From the NCBI RefSeq assembly GCF_000315625.1, contig NW_005434673.1, forward strand, positions 334,270 to 398,269: DNA of 64,000 nucleotides. The letters are read 5' to 3'. The stretch comes from Guillardia theta CCMP2712. Taxonomy: Eukaryota > Protista > Cryptophyta. Under the pieces are notes generated by a model, which had not been told where the DNA came from, did no database searches, and saw only the letters and a program-made list of their open reading frames with translations. Positions within the stretch are counted from its first letter, which is position 1; every line of letters starts with the position of its first letter. Positions 48,532 to 59,100 of the stretch are shown one piece after another. Made by a program: the position numbers and the translations under genes.

Positions 48532-51500
48532 TCACCCTTTCGATTTCATTACTACGTCATCCAACAGCTGCATCAACACTACAGGACAAAATTTCCCACG
48601 CGCATGTTGCCGATTAGAACATCTGCTTACCAAAGCAACGTAGTAAGTGAACTTGATCCCTTCACATGGAAAGAATGGAAATGTTTACGAGCATTTGCAT
48701 GTCAGCAAGTGAATATTGCAGAGCATCAGGAAGGGCTCGTCCTCTTGGTATCGGATGCTGCATCCTTCTGGCAGCACAATCTGGCATTTTCAGAGCAGAA
48801 TGTCAGCGCTCTCAAACATCAGTCCTATACTTAGACTTGTAAGACCAAATCAGGATATTACAATTCTTTATTGTCAGTTTTTCGATTTACTATAGAAGTG
48901 ACATAAAAATTCTTCGGAAATGGACCCCACCCCCCTAAACTCATCATTTAGTACCCACCCCTGCACATCGAACCCCCATCCCCACCCCCGCTTTGTGTGA
49001 CCACCCGCCTCAGAGTGACCAACACTTAGCCAAAATTTTCACAGTCAGAGTCAACACGTTGCATGTTTACGTCACCCTTGGTTCGAGTATTCTCCAAGTG
49101 AGTTCAGATTCATAACATTTATGTAAGATCTAAACTTCAATTCCACAGCCACTCCAGTTCATCAGGTCTATACTTATACTTGACTCGCAGTTTGCGAACA
49201 TAACTTGTCCATTTTAGCTGTCCACCTCGATTCGTCAAACTGCTACTAGCGGCTTCCAATTCAGGTATTCATTGGCATACTTCATGAAGAAAGCATTCGT
49301 TTCTCGGACTGAAGGATTCCCCCGCTCTATACAAACCAGCTCTATACAAACCAGTTGGTCCATTTCCCTCCTTCTCGCTTCATTGTCACCGTCCTGTTCG
49401 CTGTCCCTGATCACCTTCCTTATGAATTGATGAAAATGCTTCATGAAAAACCTCATATCTGTCAATCGTTTATCTTGGCTCTTCTGTCTCAAATCTTTTC
49501 CTCTCATACGTTTCAGCGGTGGAATTCCTTTTAAATTGTTGCCACAATGCCAAATGCTCCAGGCTGCCTCTGTTACTCCTGCCTCGTCCGATACTCGTAT
49601 ATCTTCCGGAAGAAGCCTCTGACCTTGGCACTGCTGTACTTCCGGCTGTTGCTGTGAATGAAGTGGCTCCTGACTTACTTCCTCTTGCCGTTGTTGCACT
49701 TGCCGCGGTTGCTCTACCTGCTGCGGCTGCTGCTGCCTTTGTAGGTGCTGGAGCAATTCAAATTGTTGCTGCTGCAAATTCTCTATCATCCGTTTGTGCA
49801 TGTCCCACCCTTCCTGTAGCTTTGTGTACACTTCTCGTAGTTGCATTTGCACCGTGAAGTTCTCGTGGCCATGATTTTGTTGCATAGAAACTTCAGGCTG
49901 TTGTAACAATAGCAGGCGATTTTCCTCATTCTTTTGCGGAGACTGTTTAAAATAGTTGACAATCTGCTTGAATTCCGCCTCCATCTTTTCCATCATGCAG
50001 TCTTGCTTCAGTCTCAGCTGTTAATTGCCTGCCACCATCTGATCAAGCTTCTCTTGCAAAAGTTTTGTTCTTCATCATGACATTGACCACATAGCTTGTC
50101 CATCGCTTGTAAGAGAACCTTCTCGAGTTGAATGGTAACAATTCTCTTCTCTTCAACAGTTCTTTGATCTTCTTCGTAATTGGACCACGATTTCTGGGTT
50201 CGTTGTCTAAACAACTTTTGAATTCGTGATTCAAACAAAATGGTTTGGTTTCATACAACCATGCAATCAGTTGACTTACAGAACTCAAGTAACATGCCTT
50301 CGAATTGTCCGACAGCATCCTGTCTTTGACAGACTCAATTTTTTCTCTTGTTTCTTGTTCGTCCTCGCCTTCCACTTCCTCCACTTCCTCTTCATCGTCA
50401 TCGTCGTCGTCTTCTTCTTCTTCCTCGTCCGAGGCTTCGTCTCCGCCTCCCTCCCTCTCTGCAACTCCGTCTGCGTCGTGATCGTTCTCCTCGTTGCATA
50501 CCCCTCTAGTTCTGTTAGTTTCTGAAACGTATTCCACAATTGATTCCACGATTTGTTCTTCAGAGATGGAAGGAACACCTTTTGGGGTTTGCTGCTGCGC
50601 TGAAGTTTTTGGTCCCTTTGTTCCTTTCGGGTTGCGAGTTGAGCAACCACAATCGCTCCACTCTTCACTCCATTCACTAGCACAAAGATGATGAAACATG
50701 TTTGAGCAGGCAGTACATTGATACAGTTGAGCTGCGTCGTCCCTAACCTTGCATCGTGAACCGAACAAGCATTTCTGACGGCTACCTTGCGATCCAGCAG
50801 CTGTGGCCATGCTGAGCGATTTGCGCGGGTTGCAGGTCTGAAAGGGGGGGTGGGGGGTGGGGGGGGCCGGAGGGCGCAATAAACTACTACGCAGGAAACT
50901 CAGGATTTGGGGGGTAGGAGCAATTAGAGGTCCAGAGTTAAGTGAAAAAATTTCCCTAATTAAAATCTCCTGTTTTCATCATTATTATTTTCAATATTTT
51001 CAATAAATAAAACATCCCCTTTCAAGACACTCAAAAGTAGGGGTACTCGGATTCCTCTCACATAAAATAGTTTTAACAAAGCTTGTGATTTCAGGAAAAT
51101 CCTGCGGGCAGGGATTTGAACTAGGAAAAATCCTGAAAACGCTAGCTAATTTCAAACATAATTCAGATAAGCGCTCAGATCATGTTCACACTCTCCGTAG
51201 CGATTGAATCCCGATGCGATCGCCTGAGCGAATCTGCGGAACGTTAGATCCGTCGGAGCAGTGACAGGAGAAAGATACTCCAATGCAGTCATGTTCCCAG
51301 ATTCTCGGTCTGAGTTGCCATTTAGAAGAAGGAGCTTTTGAGCCTAACCAATAGATCCCAATCACGACAAGGAAATTAGATTCTCTTGCTGCGAGGAGAG
51401 CAGCTGACTGTCATGTGGCAACTGACCTTGCTCGATGCAACTGCCTCTCCCATCCCAGGTAGAATGAGGCTGGGCATCACCGAAGTGAAAAGGCTCCCCG

Positions 51501-52909
51501 GTCCGTACAAGATCAGCTGGAAAGTCAGGTATCACCACAACAGCCTGAAACACCATGTTGGTAGAGTACCTCTGCCGTCTCCAGGACTGGAAGGATGTTC
51601 AAGTTTGCAGAAGGTTTGATCCTCTCTCCCGTTGTGCTGAGGCTGTAGAACATCTTACAGATCTTGGATGGCGGAGCTCTGTCAGAGCCCCCAAAGAGAT
51701 TCTTGTCCACAGACAAAACCCTTCTGAGCCTCTTCCAACGAAGCGGAGGGGGAGACCCACCCTCTTCCACTGGTGGGTGAGATATCTCATCCTGTCCCAG
51801 AATAATCTGCCCATCCTCAAGCTCAGCTCCTAATTCAATTCCAGCTGGCCAATGTCCACGGAAATCTCCGTTTGTTAGCTGAGTCAAAAATGTGGTTTGT
51901 TCATCTGAACTTTGTTCAAGATCTAATGTACAAGGAAATACTCTTGTCGTCTCAGGCACCAACAGTGCAAAGGAGAACCATCGAATTGCTTCCTCCAGAC
52001 CGCCTAAAACAAACTTTAGGCTGTGAAGGACCAGGTTACCAAAGTTGGAACTCCTAAACTGAAACCAAACATCGCTGGAGTTCGTTGAGTCATAGGCAGT
52101 TGCCATCTTGATGAAGATTGAAAGGAGAACAAGAATAATCCTCTCATTCTCTGTCATCGACTTCCAGTCATCTGCATGTGCGCTGCAAAATTCTTTCATC
52201 TGAAACATAGCCTTGCTTTCGTTATAAGGATCAAGCCTTGTTTGCAGCATATTTCTCAGGTGGTAACACGACTTCTCTATGGGAGCAACATGCATCAATC
52301 TTGATCGTATGTCACCAACTGCTGATCCCCCAAAGACACGTCGAATCTCTCCTGACGACCCCCCGTTGTCAGTGACAGGAACTACGTAGTCTACGCTCTT
52401 CGACGAGTTGGCAAGGGCCGAAGAAAGCTCCCCAAACGCCGAACCACCTTCAAGTTTCATCACTCACCGACCAGAAATTGAACGTTAGGAACCAGAAAAT
52501 GAAACAATCTTGTGTTTCATTCCTCGATCGAGCCTGTCACTGACGGCCTGCACGTTCCTGTCCATGCGATCCGACCGACAAGAGAAATCAATGAATGCAA
52601 CAATCAGAACACTCGAATTGAAAATATGGGAGTTGACCTTGTCTTAACAAAATTCCGCAGAGAAGATGTGGATCTCAACTCCTCCATGGCCTTGGTCAAG
52701 TTGGTTTCCGACATCAGCGCATGGCGGATTCTGTTATTCCCCGATCTCGCTTCTCCTGGACTCGCAAAGGCCGCCGGCTCTGCTCCAACTCCAACTCCAT
52801 CCCATCTTGCTACTACTGGTCCATTTCCTCCTCCTGCCCCTGCCCCTGCCCCTGCCCTTCCCCCTGCCTGCAACAGCACCGCGCTCACAAGCAACCACCA
52901 AGCGCCCAT
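48532..52909 (-). CDS. YvcK/CofD-like (UPF0052, yeast YNL011C-like) protein with N-terminal signal peptide; contains a 2,377-nt intron
   Basis: KIVSFSGGSAFGELSS, VVPVTDNGGSSGEIRRVFGGSAVGDIRSRL, SNFGNL, GQDEISHP, LILYGPGSLFTSVMPSLIL, KLLLLNGNSDRE. After AYLNY, donor GT at 51157 joins AG at 48781 to give IVLPEGCSIRYQEDEPFLMLCNIHLLTC...GKFCPVVLMQLLDDVV, TGA 48532-48534. Confidence 0.8.
48850..51136 (-). mobile_element. Internally deleted, decayed Crypton-like DNA transposon inside an intron; boundaries approximate
   Basis: ORF 50043..50879: Cys/His finger (CTAC...FHHLC), acidic linker, SDNSKACYLSSVSQLIAWL (recombinase N-terminal-like). ORF 49235..49996: AWSIWHCGNNLKGIPPLKRMRGKDL...KRLTDMRFFMK, then a frameshifted RGGQLKWTSYV, as recalled for Crypton C-terminal domains. 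No catalytic tyrosine-recombinase core. In-frame stop, frameshift and a 15-bp duplication are present. Confidence 0.6.
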
Positions 52910-53499
52910 GGCGCAGTCTGAACTTGCGGCAAAAATTCCAAAATGAAAAGAAAGAGAAAGAAAGACCTTAAAAAAACTTTTTTTTAAAAAATATCAACGA
53001 GTCTGCCTCAGGAATGTTGCTGTTTACCAATGTTCGTCCGAAGTTCCATATTATTCAAAAGTTCTTCTACAGTAAAAAACCCTTGGTATCAAAGTGTTAA
53101 CTTTTATAAGTGATGCTATAATGCATATTGGGTAATATCTATCTACCCAGATCCAGAGAAGAATAGGAGAACTCATCCGCAATAAGTTCCAAATTTGTAT
53201 TTTTTTAGTCGAAGAGTCATCGCGGCATCTCAAAAAGAGAATGGTGAGTGAATTGTGTATCGATGGTGGGAGAAGGGAGAAGAGCAATTGGCGAAAGAAG
53301 AGAAAGGAAAGCTGAATAAGAAGAAGAGGAAAAAGAGAAACTACCCGGAAGAACATTGTTAATCGCCGTATTGGAGATAGCTGAGGATGATGGGATTGCT
53401 ATTTTCCGTGTAAATGCTTGGGAAGGGAGAAATGAGATCAGATCTGCGATGATAACGTTTGAGCAAGGATGATTGTGAAATATGATGGGTTGAATTTGA

Positions 53500-53981
53500 A
53501 AGAGAAAGCTGTCAAGCATAGCTACTTGAAGAAAAGCATTGGTGATGCGAAGTGAGATGCTGGTGTGATGATGGTGGGGGATGAGTGAAGAACAGTACCA
53601 GAATGCGTGAGCACGGCAACAAGCATAGGATGATGTAGCTTGCACTTTTGAAATAGGGTTCGTTAGCACATCATGGAAATGCGGTGGCCATCATGTTGTT
53701 GACTACAAGGTTGAATCATTATGGTAGCGAGAGGGAGAAGAGGCTTGGATAGACTTTGAATTTGTACACGCAAGGACTGATAGGTGTACCTACATAGTGC
53801 AGTGCGATGATGTATCTTGATTCGCGCTGAATTTCTCGCAGTTCCAGTCCCTCCACAACAAGCACACTGCCACCTACGCCCTTGCCGCCAAGGCCGACAG
53901 CACTCAGGCTGGAAACGGCGAGCTCGGCACTGATGTTGTTTTCATCAAGCCTTCTGACCTCAAGCCACACAACTTCGAGTA
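53500..53981 (+). CDS. Probable micro-exon gene; only the 3' exons are readable
   Basis: Last exon after cgcag (53842) reads FQSLHNKHTATYALAAKADSTQAGNGELGTDVVFIKPSDLKPHNFE* with strong C-ending codon bias. Several candidate micro-exons upstream could not be phased. Confidence 0.4.
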
Positions 53982-54234
53982 AGAAGTACGTCTGAATGAA
54001 GTTTTGGAGGTTATGTTTGTGCCATGAAGTGAGAGTCTACGAATAAACCAAACTCGTAGAGGTGCTTTTGCGATGAAGCAAAATGAGAAGCAAAATGGAA
54101 AAGAAGAAAAGAACCGAGGATAAGTCGTTGCAGGACTTCATCGGTGCAAACAAATGATTTGAACTTGTATTTTGCAAGAAGTGGTTGAATTCCAGCTCTA
54201 GATTGAGAGCCAGATTCGCAGCGGATGTAGCATT

Positions 54235-55376
54235 TCATCGTTTCCTTTCCTGTCGCCACACATACTGCGCGGGTTGACCATTCTCTGCTTTCTGCCTCCT
54301 TGTTCAAACAAAAGAGGAATGTGATCAGAAGTTTACCTTGATCTTTCTCTTTTTGCCTTTGCCCTGAAAGCAAATTAGACACCAAAATAGAAACATCAAC
54401 GAGCTATACCATGAGCAAACGCTCGGTCTCCAGATGTTTGGCCGCTCTCTCTGTCGACACGACGAGAGTAACGCGAGGGATTGTCAGGGTTCAAGGTCTC
54501 ACCTAGTTTTCGCTTTCGTTTTTCTCGTTCAGTGATTTCGAGGTATCTTCGCTCTTTCTCCTTTTGCATCTGCAGTAAGTAGTCAGGCGGCAACGCTGCA
54601 TGGAAGTATCATTTGCCTTTTTCAGCGTTCTGCCCGGAATTTTCGGCTGTCATGAACAAAGATCAATCTCTCAAACTTGTTGCTACTTCGAGCCACCTCA
54701 TTATATTCTTCCAGCTGATCTTTTCTTTGTCTGTTATGACTCTGATCTAGCAGCTCTGGAACTCTGCACAACCGCCAACTTCTGTTCAGAATCAATCGAC
54801 ATGTGGAATTTCCTCACGTGTCAAAATATTCGGCGAGGTCGAGATCTTCAGGCTCCTCATCTGAATCGAGAAAGATCGTGTGTTTGTTTTGTTTCGGGAT
54901 CGCCGCCATAGCCGACAAGCAATGAAGATCTCCTTCCAGTTTGTCTGCAGAGTGCATGTCAAAGAAACCGAGACATGACGGCTTTGGCGAGAACCTAGCT
55001 TCCTCTTCTCTGTCTGCAACTTCATCTTCACGTAGTTCATGTCCTATCAGATAATGAGGAAATAGGTGCAAGAGCTCGCAGAGTGAACCTGACTCTTAAG
55101 GAGTTTGATAGTGTCATCGTCCAGGCTATTGTCACGATTGACTTGATGGACACCACGCTTTGTAGAGGAAGATTGCATTTTGAAGTAGAACTCATCAGGG
55201 TTCCTAAAAGCGGCCTTCTCTCGAAGAATCTTGAGTTGGCCCTGCTTCCTGTGGAAGTCTCTTGCTCTCTGCACATAATCCTTGTGCTTCTCCAGCAATC
55301 CAAATTTGGCTCGAGCAGCTGGTTGCGCTCGCTCCTTGTGGGTTTTGCGCTTCACTGCATTCCTGAACGAAGACAT
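54235..55376 (-). CDS. UTP11: U3 snoRNA-associated protein 11
   Basis: MSSFRNAVKRKTHKERAQP...GLLEKHKDYVQRARDFH...KAAFRNPDEFYFKM; C-terminal YVWRQERKR, TGA 54235-54237. Confidence 0.95.
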
Positions 55377-55609
55377 GTTTCGACGAGAACAGTTAGAACA
55401 GGAGTTTCTTCTTTCTGTTCAAGCTCCTCTCAGACGATTGCGTTCGCAAGCAAGTTGTCAGGACAGAACTGGAGAGAATGTCTCGCTCCCTCTCCTCAGC
55501 TGCTGATCTCCGCTCCTGCTCCTCACCGCCCGTTCAAAGTGACCTCGCAATGCACGTGCGGATGTAACGATCCTGTTGCAACCGTTTTTGCATGCAACGG
55601 AACTCGGAA

Positions 55610-55870
55610 CGGAGTCCGAACTTCCGAACGGCCCGGCCCGGCAGGTTGATTCAAGGCGAACGGCGCCGGGCCGGGCGTGACTGAGTGGACGGGCCCGGGT
55701 CGGGCCATTAGTAGACGTGACAAATTGTCAAGTTGTAAGTTAGGTGTAATGATCCGATGATGGTATCAAGTTACCGCTCAGCCTTGAGATATGCCCCGGC
55801 CCCCCCGGTGTGAGGTGACCGTCCACCGTGACCGGGCCCCGGCGGGTTGCGGCGGCGGGGGGGGGACAGG
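55610..55870. other. CCGG/palindrome-rich scrambled tract upstream of UTP11
   Basis: cggcccggcccggc, gggcccgggtcgggcc, gtgactgagtgg etc. Confidence 0.55.
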
Positions 55871-56135
55871 CAGCAGCATTAAAAAGTATTTTACTGTCAG
55901 TGCAGCAATCTAGCACGTTAACGGTGGCATGTACAAAGCCGGTGCCGATGATGAATACATTAAAGTATTCAGTACTGTCAGTTTACTGTCTCAGACTTCA
56001 AGCCCCTGATCATAATGTCAAAATTTCACTCCAAGACACAAGTCAAGTGAGGAGAGGTTGGGGTACCATGGAACGAAGCTCTCCTTCACTTCGTCATATA
56101 CAAAGCAAAAGTGTTGGTTCTGATCAGCAAGTGAG

Positions 56136-59100
56136 TCAATCATTAGTGACAAGTTCAGTTGCCAAGTTGCTATACCGCCATTGCACATGGATGATGCTTG
56201 GCGCACAACCAAACTTCCATCGAACCGGGAATGAGAAATGCTCCCATCCCACCAGTGATGACGTCACTGAAATCCACATCAGAAGCCAACTGAATGAATG
56301 CGATGGCAACCTGTTCTCAAGCGCTGTGACATTCGATGCGACCTGCTTCCAGCTAAGAGGGTACGAGCAATGTCGATACCTACGGCACAAAGTCAGCCAC
56401 TGGAAGGAGAAGAAAAGCTGACGGTTGGACCTGGACGTGGCAGACAAGGAAGGGGGGAGGGGAAGTGAAGACAAGACTTCCACCACTATGGGATACACAG
56501 ACAACTTGATAGACCAAGAACGTCCGTCCCATGATGGAGCCGTCGCCTTCACGTACTCGTCGCTCCCCAGCCGCCATGCCTCTCCCGATGGCGCTCCCCC
56601 ATACTCAAAGCTCACCTCCTCCTCCCGCTCCTCCTCTCCGTCGATCGGTAGCCACCCCGCCAAGTGCGTCACACGCCCGCCTGCGTCGCCCAGCTCGTAC
56701 ACGTACGCGCTAGAGTCTTCTCGCACGACCCCGAGGAAGCGCTTGCTCCCCAGCGTCTCCACGAAGATCTCCAGCGCCCGTAGCGCCATCTTCTCCTGGT
56801 ACCCTGCGCTCCCGGAGCTCACCAGCCCGGACCTCGAGAAGAGCCCCTTCGTCCTGTCCCAGTCTTGCAGCGAGATGGCTGAGTTCCCGTAAAAGAACCA
56901 CGTCAGCCTCGCGTACCCCTTCCTCGCCAGCACCAGCGCTCCTCGTACCGCGTAGATCGCCTGGCTCCGCTCGCTCACACACTCCGGGAACGGCGGATCT
57001 GTCGCTCTCTCTGCCGGCGGGTCGCACGTCTCCCCGCCCCCAGCTGAGTCCCACCCGTACTCCGTCAAGTAGATCGGCAGCCCGGGGGCGTTCCGGTCTC
57101 TGAACCGGAACATCCAGTCCGCCGCGTGGATCGACGACATCGGATGCTCCGGGTGTACTCCCTTCCGCCCTACCGTGGTCTGCACGTAGCTGTACAGGTG
57201 GGTGTTTAGCCCGTCTAGGTACTTGATGTGCGTCTGGTTGATGCGAGACAGCGTGTCGCTTGCGCCTGCGAAGGTTGCCGGCAGCACGCGCATCAGCGGG
57301 TCCGCCTCCTTGGCTCCCCTCGCCATGCCCAGCAAGATGTCGCTGTAGAAGCGCGGGTCCTCGTAGCCCTTCTGCACCATCCAGGGCTCGTTGCCGACCT
57401 CAAGTGTCGACACGTCGCCGGTACCGCTGGACCGACCGAAATGCTTTGCGAAAGCGAAACCGTATCGGTAAGCAGCGAGGTAGGGGCTATCCCACACCCT
57501 CTGAGGGAACATGTCGCTGGTGAACTGAAGGCAGGTATGAACTTCAAGGTCTGCTGCCTTCCATCCAGGATATTCCCAGCTCCAGTCGAGCCACCACAAT
57601 GCGTTGGTTCCTAACCCACATGACATCTTTTCGTAATCAGGCGTGACATCAGGATCAGGTACGTCCCAGTTCCAGTTGTGGTAGTTCCTCCCATGTTTTG
57701 CCATCTTCGTATACCGACGAGGCCCCCAGCCATCTCGAGCTAAATTTGACCATCCTTGTCCTCCCCACGCCCAGATGCCGTTGACCCCCAGCAGATCCCC
57801 AAAGTCCACCGCATTCTCCCGTACTGGTGGCTTCTCCCCCCACCGCCCTGCCTCCCCCCACGCCGTTATCTCCCACACGTACACCTTCATCGCCACTCCC
57901 TCCTCCAACACGTGCCTCACCCGTATGTACCTCATCGCCTCCCCCGGCTCCAAGGCCGTGTCTAGGGCCCCGATCAGATACGGGTCGACCCCGTCTCGCA
58001 GTGTCTTCCATGTCTCTCCGTCCAGGCTCGTCTCGTACACCGTGTGGTTCACGCCGGCCGTTGACCCTGCCCAGTGTCGTATCGAGATCGCCGACACTGT
58101 CTGCACCGTCTCGAAGCTCACGGTCGCGTACTCCATGCATGGGCCCGACCTGGCCGACAGCTCGAACACGTTCATCGACGACGAGCTCTCAAGCCGGATC
58201 GCTACAAACCTCCCTGCCCCTGACCCTACCCGCAGATCCGCTACCGTGTACGACGATGACGTTGTCGCCAAGCTGACCCAGCTCCCGCCCGCGTCCTTCC
58301 CCTTGACGACTACCTGTGTCGAGGCGCTCGAGGTCACCTTGATCGTGATGGCGACCAGTGCCGACGCGCTCTGCAGGCTGACCTCCAGCCATGCCTGCCC
58401 GCTCGCCCCGGCTGATACCGATGCCGCGCTCGATGTCGACCCGTCCGTCGCTGCTGCCAGGCTGCCGCTGGTGCTGTTGCACCTCCCGGCTTCCTCGCAG
58501 GCGTGGAGAAGGATGTTGACCTCCGCGTACCCTACGTAGCCGGTCGGGTAGCAGGTCCCACTCTGCCAGAAGCCTCCGCTTCCATCGTTGCCGTCGATGA
58601 CCTTGCCGCTATCGGAGGGCTGGGAGCTTGTTGAGGCTGTGGTGGAGTTGAGTCTGGTGAGAGGGACGGGGACGTAAGAAGCAGGGTTCCAGTCTGGGGG
58701 GTCTGTAGCATGCATGAGAGCACACTCGCCTCTTGACTTTGAACAGATCCCATTGTTGCACAAGACAGGATGGGAGTTGTCACAAACTTGGGAAGGTAGG
58801 AATTGATCGGGCCACTCGCATGAATCACCAACGAATCCTTGTCGGCAAACACAAGATCCGTTCGTGCAAACTCCATGAGATCTGCAATTGTACGGACAAG
58901 GTTGTTGGTCGCAATGATCGCCGGACCAACCAACGTTGCAGACACATCCAAGTTTTGTGCATTCGCCATGCCCATTGCAATTGTTTGGGCACCTGACGAT
59001 CTCACAGGCATGTGCAGGGTCGAACTCGATTGGACTGTCTCTGCAATTTCCCTTCTGATAAAAGTCCTCCGGTTGGCACAGTTGATAAAGACCTTGTCCA

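Noticed and set aside
49190-50110. WTSYV occurs twice in the Crypton-like relic
   Set aside because: Flanks do not align; treated as coincidence.
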